A DNA stretch of 19,670 nt from Pseudomonadota bacterium. Lineage in GTDB: Bacteria > Bdellovibrionota_B > Oligoflexia > Oligoflexales > RGVZ01. Of this stretch, positions 1 through 9,315 are shown piece by piece. Every line of letters begins with the position of its first letter. Within the stretch, counting starts at the first letter, position 1. A model generated the notes under the pieces. That model saw only the letters and a program-made list of their open reading frames with translations, ran no database searches and had not been told where the DNA came from. Location of the stretch: the NCBI GenBank assembly GCA_041178085.1, contig JBEGVZ010000013.1, positions 1 through 19,670 on the forward strand. The letters run 5' to 3'. Made by a program: the position numbers and the translations under genes.

Positions 1-41
1 TGGATGGGCGCCAACCCCCCGTTTTGACAGAGCCGCCCAGC

Positions 42-57
42 TGGCACAAATCTTTCA
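42..57 (+). promoter_or_regulatory. Possible sigma54 (-24/-12)-like site upstream of the LysR gene, with a non-canonical -12 element
   Basis: TGGCACAAATCTTTCA versus consensus TGGCACGNNNNTTGCW. The -24 element is good and the spacing is correct, but the conserved GC at -12 reads TC. It lies about 50 nt upstream of the LysR ATG. Confidence 0.3.
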
Positions 58-105
58 TGGGTAATCTGGTTCGTTCAAGTTTAACGCCATCGACAGGCGG
101 TGCCC

Positions 106-975
106 ATGCATCAACTGAGACTGCTCAACGTTGATGATTTCATGATCTTGCGAGGCCTCCACGAGGGGTTGAGTGTCACTTCGGTTGGACACAAGCTCGG
201 CCTGTCCCAGCCTGCGATCACCCAGCGCATACGAAAGATGGAAGATGTCTTCGGCATCAAGTTCCTGGAGAAAGAAGGGCGTGGAGTGAAACTGTCCCAT
301 GACGGACGTCGAATCGCCCTGAAAGCCTTGAGCGCCCTCGAAATTTTTGAACAAGAAGACGCAGCGCCGAGCCGCCTTGAGGTCAATGTCGGAGTCCGCT
401 CTGACCTTGGCATGCAGTGGGTATTTCCGGCGATCCTCAAAATGCAGGAAGATTATCCCTACGTCCGGGCGAATCTTGTGCCATGCGAAACAGACAAGCT
501 GGTCGAAAAGCTGACCGATGGCGAACTGCACGCGGCCATCATGCCTTCAAGCCTGGCGCTACTCGACTTCCCAGCACTGGAGATTGGCGTGGAACGTCAC
601 GTGATGATCGCCCCTGCGAAGATCGCTGAGGCAATTTCATCGATCGCAGACCTGCAGGGCCAGACACTGGTAGAAATCGACAAATCCCTTCCCTCACTCA
701 AGCGCTTTCCCGCGTTGGTGCGCGAAAAACTGAAGTTCAAGGATATCTGGTTTGTCGGGGCCTCGAGTGCCGTGCTGCGGGCCGTTGAAGATGGGCTTGG
801 CGTCGGGGTCGTGCCGGACTATCTGGCGGCAATTCCGTTGCAATCCGGCAAGGTGCAAATGATCCTTCCGGAGATCGAATTGACGGAAGAAAAGGTACGG
901 CTTCTTTACAACCGAAAATCACCAGCCGCGTTTTATTTTGAGGCACTCGCCAAGGCGCTAGCCTCGGTCACGTGA
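106..975 (+). CDS. LysR-family transcriptional regulator (~289 aa)
   Basis: N-terminal LTTR helix-turn-helix (SVTSVGHKLGLSQPAITQRIRKMEDVFGIKFLEKEGRGVKLS) and a C-terminal substrate-binding domain (VEDGLGVGVVP). Length is typical. ATG at 106 is preferred; GTG at 100 is the alternative. Confidence 0.93.
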   Translation: MHQLRLLNVDDFMILRGLHEGLSVTSVGHKLGLSQPAITQRIRKMEDVFGIKFLEKEGRGVKLSHDGRRIALKALSALEIFEQEDAAPSRLEVNVGVRSDLGMQWVFPAILKMQEDYPYVRANLVPCETDKLVEKLTDGELHAAIMPSSLALLDFPALEIGVERHVMIAPAKIAEAISSIADLQGQTLVEIDKSLPSLKRFPALVREKLKFKDIWFVGASSAVLRAVEDGLGVGVVPDYLAAIPLQSGKVQMILPEIELTEEKVRLLYNRKSPAAFYFEALAKALASVT

Positions 976-1928
976 CCGATCACCCAGAATTTTTCTCTGG
1001 CATCTTTCAGGAAGGCTTGGGCCCTTGCAAGATCTCCTGTTGCAATGACCAGACCGACTCCCATGTTGAAGGTGCGACGCAACTCCTCATCGGGCAACCC
1101 TGAACGGTGTACGATCTCTGCCATGAAGGCCGGAAGTTCATCGCGACGCGGCAAGCCCTCGATGTGATAGCCAAGCTTTTCGTTCATGCGCGGGATGTTC
1201 TCCATCCCAGATCCGGTGATGTGAGCGATGCCATGCAATTCGGTGCCGAGCACCGCCTTCATGCGATCCACCAGGTCAACGTAGATACGGGTTGGACGCA
1301 ACAGATCGTGGGCAAGGCCCCCGGCACGGAAATCATCCTCACGAAGCAGTCGGCGCAGCAACGAATAGCCGTTCGAATGAAACCCGGAACTGGCGATGCC
1401 AATCAGGGCGTCCCCGGGCCTTACGCGGGATCCGTCCAGCAGGTCTTCGGTCTTCACTTCACCCACACAAAAACCGGCAAGATCGTATTCACCAGGACGA
1501 TACATGCCGGGCATCTCTGCTGTCTCGCCCCCGATCAAGGCGACGCGCGCCTGGTTGCACCCTTCCACCACACCTGCGATCACTGCCCTTGAAACCTCCA
1601 TGTCGAGCTGGCCAGAGGCCAGGTAATCCAGGAAGAACAGGGGCCGGGCACCGGTGCAGATCACATCGTTGACGCACATCGCGACCAGATCGATACCGAT
1701 CGTGTCATGGATACCCAGCCTGGAGGCCAGCATCAACTTGGTGCCGACACCGTCCGTCCCGGAGGCCAAGTACCGTCCGTCGCCCATGTCATAGAGGGCG
1801 GCGAAACCGCCAACACCGGAAACCACACGGTTGCGACAAGTCGATGCGGCCTTTTGCCGCACCCAGTCGACAAATCGGTCTGCCTTGTCGATGTCCACTC
1901 CGGATTCGCGGTAAGTCGTTGCACCCAT
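933..1928 (-). CDS. purM: Phosphoribosylformylglycinamidine cyclo-ligase (AIR synthetase)
   Basis: Motifs TYRESGVDI, GTDGVGTK, GIDLVAMCVND, GGETAEMPG, SSGFHSNGYSL, HITGSG and TFNMGVG. A GGAGG RBS precedes ATG 1928; ATG 1949 is the alternative start. Confidence 0.97.
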   Translation of the reverse strand: MGATTYRESGVDIDKADRFVDWVRQKAASTCRNRVVSGVGGFAALYDMGDGRYLASGTDGVGTKLMLASRLGIHDTIGIDLVAMCVNDVICTGARPLFFLDYLASGQLDMEVSRAVIAGVVEGCNQARVALIGGETAEMPGMYRPGEYDLAGFCVGEVKTEDLLDGSRVRPGDALIGIASSGFHSNGYSLLRRLLREDDFRAGGLAHDLLRPTRIYVDLVDRMKAVLGTELHGIAHITGSGMENIPRMNEKLGYHIEGLPRRDELPAFMAEIVHRSGLPDEELRRTFNMGVGLVIATGDLARAQAFLKDAREKFWVIGHVTEASALASASK

Positions 1929-1949
1929 TAAGAGACCCTCCAAAAACAT

Positions 1950-3554
1950 TCAGTGGCGGAAGTGCCTGCGACCCGTCAACGCCATCGCAACACCAAGGCG
2001 GTTGCAGGCATCAACCACTTCCTGGTCACGGACACTGCCACCTGGCTGCACGATAAATCTGATTCCTGCTTCCGCAGCAGCGGTGACGGTGTCGGCAAAG
2101 GGGAAAAAGGCGTCCGAAGCGAGCACCAGATCGGCCTCGCTGATGGCAAGACGGTCCAGGTTACCCTGAGCGCGGGGCAGGGCAAGTCGCACCAAACTGT
2201 CGATCCGGTTGGGTTGTCCCATGCCGGCGCCAACCATTTCGAATCCGTTTGCAGTCTTCGCTGCCAGCACAATTGCGTTGCTCTTAAGGTGTTTGGCCAG
2301 GATGACAGAGAAACTGGCAAGCCGTTTCTTCTCTGGCGGAAAGGCGGCCTGCGTTGCATTGAACCATTCGAGGTCAAGACCATTGTCCTCTTGCTGCAGA
2401 AGCTGGCCGCCTGATATCGAGCGCACCTGCCACTCAACCTCGTCTTGCAGGAGCGGAAGTTCAAGAACACGGACATTTTTTTTGCCGGCGAGAATCTTCA
2501 ACGCTGCTTGATCATATCCGGGAGCAAGGACCACTTCGACAAAACGCTCTGCAAGGAATTCCGCCTCCGCACCTGTTACGAGGGACGTGAAGGCAAGAAC
2601 GCCACCGAAAGCACTGACCGGGTCCTGGGCCCAGGCCGATTCAAGGGCTGCCGTGAGTTCGCTTGAGACGGATGCACCACAAGGATTCCCGTGTTTGATG
2701 ATTGCAACGCCCGGGCAAACCTGGGAATTCCCGCTATCGCTGGCAAATCGGTGCAGGTCACTGGCAAGGCGCCACGCGGAATCAGCGTCAAGCAAGTTGT
2801 TCCAGGACAGTTCCTTGCCTTGGATCACACGAGCACCGGCAACACCCACCTGGCCGTTGCGCAGGAGAAACGCAGCTTGGTGGGGATTTTCTCCATATCG
2901 AAGCTTTGTTCTTCCTTGATGGTCCCCCTCCTTCGTAAAGCGAGCTGAAAACTCTGCCGCAATCGCCGAATCATATGCCGCCGTAGAGGCAAACGCCCTT
3001 GCCGCCATCCTACGTCGGAAATGGTGAGACACAGCACCTTCATTGGCCTCGAGTTCAGCAAGAACGGGGCGATAGTCAGTTGGATCCACGCAGACAAGCA
3101 CCGAATCAAAATTCTTTGCCGCAGCACGGATCATGCAGGGCCCACCGATGTCGATGTTCTCGACCAGCTCGTCGTCGGCAGATCCAGCAGCGACATGCTT
3201 CTCGAACGGATAAAGATTGCAAACAACCATATCGATGCCAGGCATGCCCAGCCGGGCAGCATCGGCGACATGAGAAGGATTGTCGCGACGATAAAGCAGC
3301 CCGCCATAAATCGCTGGAGATAGTGTTTTCAGACGGCCTCCGAAACACTCAGGAAAACGCGTCCACTCCTCGACCATGACGACCGGAACGCCAGCCTGCT
3401 TCAGGGTACGGGCGGTTCCACCCGTGGAGATGATCTCGACCCCAAAGTCCGCCAGCTTCTGAGCCAGTTCCACCACGCCCACCTTGTCAGATACGCTGAC
3501 CAGTGCGCGCTTGATTTTCACGAAATCCACCCCATGGACGCCCGTCAATTCCAT
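1950..3554 (-). CDS. purH: Bifunctional AICAR transformylase / IMP cyclohydrolase
   Basis: Motifs RALVSVSDK, STGGT, GGRLKTL, ENIDIGGP, LRYGENPHQ, KHGNPCG, ASDAFFPF, QPGGSVRD and the terminal RHFRH. The start overlaps the purQ stop (TGATG). Confidence 0.98.
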   Translation of the reverse strand: MELTGVHGVDFVKIKRALVSVSDKVGVVELAQKLADFGVEIISTGGTARTLKQAGVPVVMVEEWTRFPECFGGRLKTLSPAIYGGLLYRRDNPSHVADAARLGMPGIDMVVCNLYPFEKHVAAGSADDELVENIDIGGPCMIRAAAKNFDSVLVCVDPTDYRPVLAELEANEGAVSHHFRRRMAARAFASTAAYDSAIAAEFSARFTKEGDHQGRTKLRYGENPHQAAFLLRNGQVGVAGARVIQGKELSWNNLLDADSAWRLASDLHRFASDSGNSQVCPGVAIIKHGNPCGASVSSELTAALESAWAQDPVSAFGGVLAFTSLVTGAEAEFLAERFVEVVLAPGYDQAALKILAGKKNVRVLELPLLQDEVEWQVRSISGGQLLQQEDNGLDLEWFNATQAAFPPEKKRLASFSVILAKHLKSNAIVLAAKTANGFEMVGAGMGQPNRIDSLVRLALPRAQGNLDRLAISEADLVLASDAFFPFADTVTAAAEAGIRFIVQPGGSVRDQEVVDACNRLGVAMALTGRRHFRH

Positions 3555-4309
3555 CAGTGAGTCTCCTTCACATACTTGTAAGCATTTTCAAATACCCGAA
3601 GGCCGCGAGCACCACCGATGCGTTTTTGCGGATGCAAAACATCGTGCAATGCGGCCTCCGGATGAGGCATCAGACCGAAAACCAGGCCTGTCGGATCACA
3701 CAGCCCGGCGATCCTGCCGGACGATCCGTTGATGTCTTCAGAATATCGAAGCGCCACACATCCGGGTGGGATCTCTCCTTCGATCATCACCCGTCCTTCA
3801 CCGTGACGGACCGGAAAATCACACCCCTCCAGGCCCCGCGTCCAGATGCAGTCCGATTCTGGAAATTCGACGGCGACCCAGCGATCAACAAAAACGCCCT
3901 GCGAGTTATGCGCAAGCGCCACCCTTCTTCCAGAGGCAGGATCGTTGAAGAGTCCCATCTTGGCCAGGGTTTGAAAGCCGTTACAGATCCCAATGACGGG
4001 TTTTCCGTCCGCAACAAATTGACGGATCTGCTCACCCAGAAGGACCGAGAGCTTGGTGGCCAGGATCTGGCCGCTGCCAAGTTCATCCCCGAAAGAGAAA
4101 CCGCCCGGCAAGGCCAATGCTTGAAACTCACCGAGAGCCGCGGGTTCCGCAGCAAGGCGGTTCAGATGACAGGCCGAAGCAGCAAATCCTGCAGCAGCGA
4201 AGGCTGCCACAGTTTCACGCTCGCAGTTGATTCCGTCACCGCACAGCACAAGCGCCCTTGGTGTGCCGGCCTGATAAGTTGCATTTTTCAAGGTCAGCAC
4301 CTCCACCAT
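3554..4309 (-). CDS. purQ: FGAM synthase glutaminase subunit
   Basis: Motifs GINCERET, PGGFSFGD, catalytic GICNGFQ, RHGEG and GLMPHPE (Cys-His-Glu triad). 251 aa. Confidence 0.96.
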   Translation of the reverse strand: MVEVLTLKNATYQAGTPRALVLCGDGINCERETVAAFAAAGFAASACHLNRLAAEPAALGEFQALALPGGFSFGDELGSGQILATKLSVLLGEQIRQFVADGKPVIGICNGFQTLAKMGLFNDPASGRRVALAHNSQGVFVDRWVAVEFPESDCIWTRGLEGCDFPVRHGEGRVMIEGEIPPGCVALRYSEDINGSSGRIAGLCDPTGLVFGLMPHPEAALHDVLHPQKRIGGARGLRVFENAYKYVKETH

Positions 4310-7300
4310 TTTGCAATGTCCATGACTGGAACATTGAAGATCTCGCGCCCATCACCCGTGAGGATGACCTCCGGTGAATTCTCATGGGTTTGACCGATCT
4401 TCCTGAATGGAACACCGTCCATGATCCGCTCAAAGGCAGCAACTTCCCCGGCGTCGACTGACACGACAAAACGCCCCGGACCCTCATGGAACCACCAGCT
4501 GTGATCCCTTGGTCCTTCCACCCGGCATCCGATCCTGCCGCCGATGGCGGACTCACAGATGGCTGACGCAAGGCCGCCATCGCTGACATCATGGCAGGAG
4601 AGAAGAAGTCCCCCCATCATTGCCCGGTGCACTTTCCGGTAGATCGCGATCTGCAGGGGCAAATCCATCCGGGGCCAAACCGCACAATCGCGCAGCACCG
4701 GGAATGCGCCAGCGTATTCAGTGCCTTCCATGGGCCAGCCATGGTCCGCACCAACCAGATAAATCAAGCTATTTGGCGATTTGAAATCCGAGCCAGCAAG
4801 GCGCCGGACATCAGGCACCTTGCCAACAGCTGTGACCAGAACCGTCGGCGGAACGCTGATTTTGACTCGCTGACCGGCTTTTGTCGTGCCAGAGAAATCA
4901 TTCTTCATGCTGTCTTTGCCACTGACAAATGGCATACCCCAGGCGATGGATGTCTCCGCCAAGGCGCGGGCAGAACGCACGAGCTGCCCCAGCTTGTGGG
5001 CTGCGTCAGGGTTTGATGATCCTGGCAATGGGTCGGGCCAGCAAAAGTTGTCGACCAGGCACATCATGTCAGGATCAGCGCCGGATGCGACCGCGTTGCG
5101 GACCGCCTCATCAAGGGAGAACTGCGCGGAAAGCCAGGTGTCAACGTGGGCGATCTTTGGATTGATGCCTGATGCAACCGCGACTCCCGACCAGGGATCC
5201 GATGCTCCGTGCGGGCGCAGCCAGATCACACCGCCATCTGCTGGCCCATCTGCTGCGACTCCTGTGAACGGCTTGCCAACCGTCGCAGCTTGAACTTCGT
5301 GGTCAAAGCGCCGGACCAGCGATTCTTTTGAACGGACATTCGGACGACCAAGTACGGTTTTTAGCGCTTCGACCATATCGGGTGCTTCGCCCGATGGAAC
5401 TTTTGCGGATCCGTGAGCAGGCTTTCTCTCCACCCAATTGGGTTTCGGCTGCGGGCCTTGCCAGACCGCCTCCAAGCGCATGGGTTTGAGTTCCTTGTGC
5501 AGGAAATGAATTGGCAAGGAGGCGACCGGCTTGCCGTTCCAGCGAATACGGAAGGCGCCACTGCCATCGAAAGTGCCGATGTTCGTGACCTCAACGCCGT
5601 GAACACGAGCAAGGTCCGCCAGGGCCTTCCATTTCTCTTTCGGCACGGCAAGGGTCATCCGCTCCTGGCTCTCACTGACAACGATCTCCCAAGGATCAAG
5701 GCCCTGGTATTTCAGTGGCACCAGCGCGGCATCGATTGTCGCCCCCCCGGTGAACTGACTCATTTCCCCGACACTGGAACTTAGTCCGCCGGCACCATTA
5801 TCGGTGATACCTGAATAAAGGCCTGCGTCGCGCGCTTCGATGACAAAATCAAGCAGACGCTTCTGCGTCAGGGGATCACCAATTTGCACGGCTGAGCACG
5901 GAGATGCTTCGTTGAGTTCAAGGGAGCTGAAGGTTGCACCGTGGATGCCATCCTTGCCGACGCGACCGCCAGCCATCACCACAAGATCACCGCATGCAAG
6001 ATATTTCCGTGCGCCATCCCGCCCATCAGGAAGTCTTGCGGGGGATACTCCGATGGTCCCGCAATAGACGAGGGGCTTGCCGCAGTACTGATCATCGAAC
6101 ACAAAGGCCCCATTGACTACCGGAATGCCGCTCTTGTTACCGCCGTCTTGAATGCCTCGATGCACCCCCTCCATCACATGCGATGGATGCTTGAGGCCAA
6201 CTGGAAGCAGATCTTCAACTTCCGCCGGTGTCCAATCGGGCAAACCAAAACAAAGGACGTCCGTGTTCGCCACAGGACGGGCTCCCATGCCGGTTCCAAG
6301 AATGTCCCGGTTGACCCCAAGAATCCCGGTCAGGGAACCTCCGTAAGGATCAAGGGCGGATGGACTGTTGTGAGTTTCTACTTTGATGGAAACATCAAGA
6401 TTCTCATCAAAGCGCATCATGCCAGCGTTGTCAGAAAAAGTACTCGACAGCCATTTGATTCCTCGACGCGCCTCGATTTCCCGGGTGGCCCGGACTATTT
6501 CTGATTTGAACAGGCCGTTGATCCTGCTCGCGCCAAGTTGCGTATGTCCAGAAGCCGCCGCATCAAATTGTTCGCGATAATCGATTTCAGCGGCAAAGAT
6601 CTTATGTTTGCAGTGTTCACTCCAAGACTGGGCGATGATCTCCATTTCGACATCAGTGGGACCTTCGGGAAGCCCGGATTCGTGGCGGGCTACCTGGATA
6701 TCCGGCCGCCGGTAATGTTGGATCACAAGCAGCAATTCATCCCGCGAGAGGGCCCAATGACAGTCGCTGGAAATCTTCACCCACTCATCGATATCCAGGT
6801 TGACCGGAAAACTTTTAACATTGCCGGAGGTATCGTCCGCCGGGGCATGCGCTGCTGGCCCGAATGCCGGCAAGTCATCACGAAAGAACACACCCTGGAC
6901 GAGGGGATTGTACAAACCACCAGCTGCCAGAAGAGTCCGCAAATCCTCTTTCATCTTTGATGCCTCGACATTGACCTTCGCGTTGGCGCTGAGCCAGCCA
7001 AAGACGATTTCTCCCGAGGAGACCTGTGGCTTCTGGCCCCAATCCCGGGCGATGGCGATGGATTCAGCTGCGGCATTTCCACAGTTGTCGGTGACACCGT
7101 GCAACCAGCGAATTTCAAGGACGAAATCCGGCTCCTTCTTGATCGGGGAAACCAAAGTTTCAAGCACCGGATCGTGCAACAACCGGGCAATATTCCCGGT
7201 GAATTCTGCCGACGATTCGGACACTGCTGGATGCGTCACCCAGTATCCGCGCGCAACTTCTACCTTTTCCAGCCATGTCGAAAGCAAGGACTGGATTTTT

Positions 7301-7371
7301 TCTGCCCGCGCGCAGAGGGTACCGCGACCGGGAATGTCGTGAACTTCAATGATCGCCGTGTTGGTGCTCAT
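4294..7371 (-). CDS. purL: FGAM synthase synthetase subunit (1025 aa) with N-terminal PurS-like segments
   Basis: Motifs QSWSEHCKHK, DNAG, KVETHNSPS, GKDGIHGATFSS, DNGAGG, SESQERM, SGKDS and HDVSDGG. No glutaminase domain (purQ is separate). About 200 aa of N-terminal extension. Confidence 0.96.
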   Translation of the reverse strand: MSTNTAIIEVHDIPGRGTLCARAEKIQSLLSTWLEKVEVARGYWVTHPAVSESSAEFTGNIARLLHDPVLETLVSPIKKEPDFVLEIRWLHGVTDNCGNAAAESIAIARDWGQKPQVSSGEIVFGWLSANAKVNVEASKMKEDLRTLLAAGGLYNPLVQGVFFRDDLPAFGPAAHAPADDTSGNVKSFPVNLDIDEWVKISSDCHWALSRDELLLVIQHYRRPDIQVARHESGLPEGPTDVEMEIIAQSWSEHCKHKIFAAEIDYREQFDAAASGHTQLGASRINGLFKSEIVRATREIEARRGIKWLSSTFSDNAGMMRFDENLDVSIKVETHNSPSALDPYGGSLTGILGVNRDILGTGMGARPVANTDVLCFGLPDWTPAEVEDLLPVGLKHPSHVMEGVHRGIQDGGNKSGIPVVNGAFVFDDQYCGKPLVYCGTIGVSPARLPDGRDGARKYLACGDLVVMAGGRVGKDGIHGATFSSLELNEASPCSAVQIGDPLTQKRLLDFVIEARDAGLYSGITDNGAGGLSSSVGEMSQFTGGATIDAALVPLKYQGLDPWEIVVSESQERMTLAVPKEKWKALADLARVHGVEVTNIGTFDGSGAFRIRWNGKPVASLPIHFLHKELKPMRLEAVWQGPQPKPNWVERKPAHGSAKVPSGEAPDMVEALKTVLGRPNVRSKESLVRRFDHEVQAATVGKPFTGVAADGPADGGVIWLRPHGASDPWSGVAVASGINPKIAHVDTWLSAQFSLDEAVRNAVASGADPDMMCLVDNFCWPDPLPGSSNPDAAHKLGQLVRSARALAETSIAWGMPFVSGKDSMKNDFSGTTKAGQRVKISVPPTVLVTAVGKVPDVRRLAGSDFKSPNSLIYLVGADHGWPMEGTEYAGAFPVLRDCAVWPRMDLPLQIAIYRKVHRAMMGGLLLSCHDVSDGGLASAICESAIGGRIGCRVEGPRDHSWWFHEGPGRFVVSVDAGEVAAFERIMDGVPFRKIGQTHENSPEVILTGDGREIFNVPVMDIAKWWRC

Positions 7372-8020
7372 AAAGCTCCTTGGTGATTTGAAAGTCAGTC
7401 AGTTTCGCCAGGGCTTGTCCGAACAACCTGTGTTCAATCTGGCGTCCGCGCGCCGCAAAGGCTGCGAAATCATCATCGGGAAGGCGTGGAAACGATTCCT
7501 GGACGACAACCGGGCCAGAATCTACCCCCTCATCCACCAGATGAACGGTGATCCCGGATCGTTCCGCACCGTCGTTGAACGCCCTGCGCAGGGCGTCCTT
7601 TCCTGGATACTCAGGTAAAAGTGAAGGGTGGATATTGACCACCCGGTAATAGCCGCCTGGCGCATGAGCAAAGCGAGAAAGGAACTCCCCGGATAAGATG
7701 CGCATGTAACCAGCCAGCAAAAGCCATTCGCCACCCAGGTCTTCGACTGCCTGGGCGACAGCATTTTCATGGGCTCGCTTGCGGGCCATGAAGCCATCCG
7801 GAAACATCTCCTTTTCCGGGAAGCAAATGCATATGCAAGGAATTCCAAGGCGCTCGGCGCGCTGGATCACACCTGCCTGTGGATTGTCTGTGAGTATTGC
7901 CCTCACTTCCACCCGGCCCGGGTTCGCTCTTGCCCACAGGACAATGGCTTCAGCGTTGCTGCCGTCCCCTGAAGCAAGGATCACGGCACGCATGGGCTTT
8001 GCCATCACCGGGACTTTCAT
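7346..8020 (-). CDS. purN: Phosphoribosylglycinamide formyltransferase
   Basis: Motifs ILASGDGSN, LAGYMRILS, VNIHPSLLP and GITVHLVDEGVDSGP. ATG 8020 forms an ATGA overlap with the purD stop; later Met starts are possible. Confidence 0.96.
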   Translation of the reverse strand: MKVPVMAKPMRAVILASGDGSNAEAIVLWARANPGRVEVRAILTDNPQAGVIQRAERLGIPCICICFPEKEMFPDGFMARKRAHENAVAQAVEDLGGEWLLLAGYMRILSGEFLSRFAHAPGGYYRVVNIHPSLLPEYPGKDALRRAFNDGAERSGITVHLVDEGVDSGPVVVQESFPRLPDDDFAAFAARGRQIEHRLFGQALAKLTDFQITKELYEHQHGDH

Positions 8021-9315
8021 CGTGCGATATCCCTCCGCCACTGGGCCCCGTCAAAGTTCACTGCGGCGAGACCTTCGTATGCACCTGCACTGGCATCGGC
8101 CAGTGAACGTGCCACTGATGTGACACCCAGCACGCGCCCACCTGCGGAGACCAGTCCCCCACCGCCCGATGGGTCCTCGGCAACGCCAGAATAAAAAACG
8201 ATATGGTTACCACCAGGATTGGACGATTCGATCCGGGCGCCGGACTCGATGGCCGCACCGTCAATTCCAGGATAGCCTCGAGCAGCCTTGACCACGTGCA
8301 CGGCGCTGGCCGGGCGCCATTTCAATCCACGCGCGAATTCCTGCCCCAATTTTCCGTCCATCGCGGCTGCGAGTAATTGCGCAAAATCCTCGTCCAGCAG
8401 GGGCAAAAGAACCTGCGTTTCCGGATCACCGAGCCGCACATTGAATTCGAGGACGTTGAAATCTGTCGCTGTCTGCATCAATCCGGCGAAAAGAAAACCC
8501 CTGAACGGGCAACCAGACTCGGCCATCGTCGCCAGGACCGGCGCAAAAATCCTTTCACAGATTCCATTGCGCGCACGTTCATCAAGCCAGGGAGCCGGTG
8601 AATAAGCACCCATGCCGCCGGTGTTGGGACCCTTGTCACCATCACAAAGACGTTTGTGGTCACATGCGGAACCAAACCAGACGAAGTCCTTGCCGTCACA
8701 AAGAATAAACGCAGAGACCTCGCGACCAGGAAGCAACTCCTCACACACCAGGCCATTCGATAGCAGGGTCCCCCCTGAAGACTTGTCCATGGACTTGAGG
8801 GTTTCTACCGCCATTAAGGCTTCTTCACGCGTCTGGCAGACAAAAACTCCTTTCCCTGCAGCAAGGCCATCTGCCTTGATCACCATTCCGCGCCGCCACG
8901 GCCATGCCCTCACAAAAGCAGGCAAGTCGCTGACCGATGGGACAATGCGATACTCAGGCCCGGGCGCTCCCGCCTTGTCGATCATGCGGCGGGCGAAGGA
9001 CTTCGATGCCTCAAGGCGGGCCGCGGACCGTGATGGCCCGAGCACCCTTATGCCTGCGCATTCGAGTTCATCTACGATGCCTTGCGCCAACGGTGCCTCA
9101 GGGCCGACGACCACGTGGTCACATCCATTCCGGCGACAGAAATCCACCGCCGAAAAATTGGGCGTGACACCCAGCGGCACGGTCTTTCCACCTGGGGTTG
9201 AGCTCATCCCCGGATTGCCAGGCGCAACAAAAACACGATGAACCAGGGGTGACTGCGCCAGTTTCCACGCAATCGCATGTTCTCGTCCGCCCGATCCAAG
9301 CACCAACCAATTCAT
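8017..9315 (-). CDS. purD: Phosphoribosylamine--glycine ligase
   Basis: Motifs MNWLVLGSGGREHA, VVGPEAPL, KADGLAAGKGV, GPNTGGMGAYSP, EFNVRLGDPE and GGRVL. ATG 9315 forms an ATGA overlap with the upstream stop. Confidence 0.97.
   Translation of the reverse strand: MNWLVLGSGGREHAIAWKLAQSPLVHRVFVAPGNPGMSSTPGGKTVPLGVTPNFSAVDFCRRNGCDHVVVGPEAPLAQGIVDELECAGIRVLGPSRSAARLEASKSFARRMIDKAGAPGPEYRIVPSVSDLPAFVRAWPWRRGMVIKADGLAAGKGVFVCQTREEALMAVETLKSMDKSSGGTLLSNGLVCEELLPGREVSAFILCDGKDFVWFGSACDHKRLCDGDKGPNTGGMGAYSPAPWLDERARNGICERIFAPVLATMAESGCPFRGFLFAGLMQTATDFNVLEFNVRLGDPETQVLLPLLDEDFAQLLAAAMDGKLGQEFARGLKWRPASAVHVVKAARGYPGIDGAAIESGARIESSNPGGNHIVFYSGVAEDPSGGGGLVSAGGRVLGVTSVARSLADASAGAYEGLAAVNFDGAQWRRDIAR

Noticed and set aside
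1..58. Possible start of a divergent gene (MKDLCQLGGSVKTGGWRPS...) running off the left edge
   Set aside because: Only 19 codons are visible, with no clear RBS or recognisable motif.
3557..4393. 278-aa plus-strand ORF
   Set aside because: It is the antisense shadow of purQ/purL and has no recognisable motifs.
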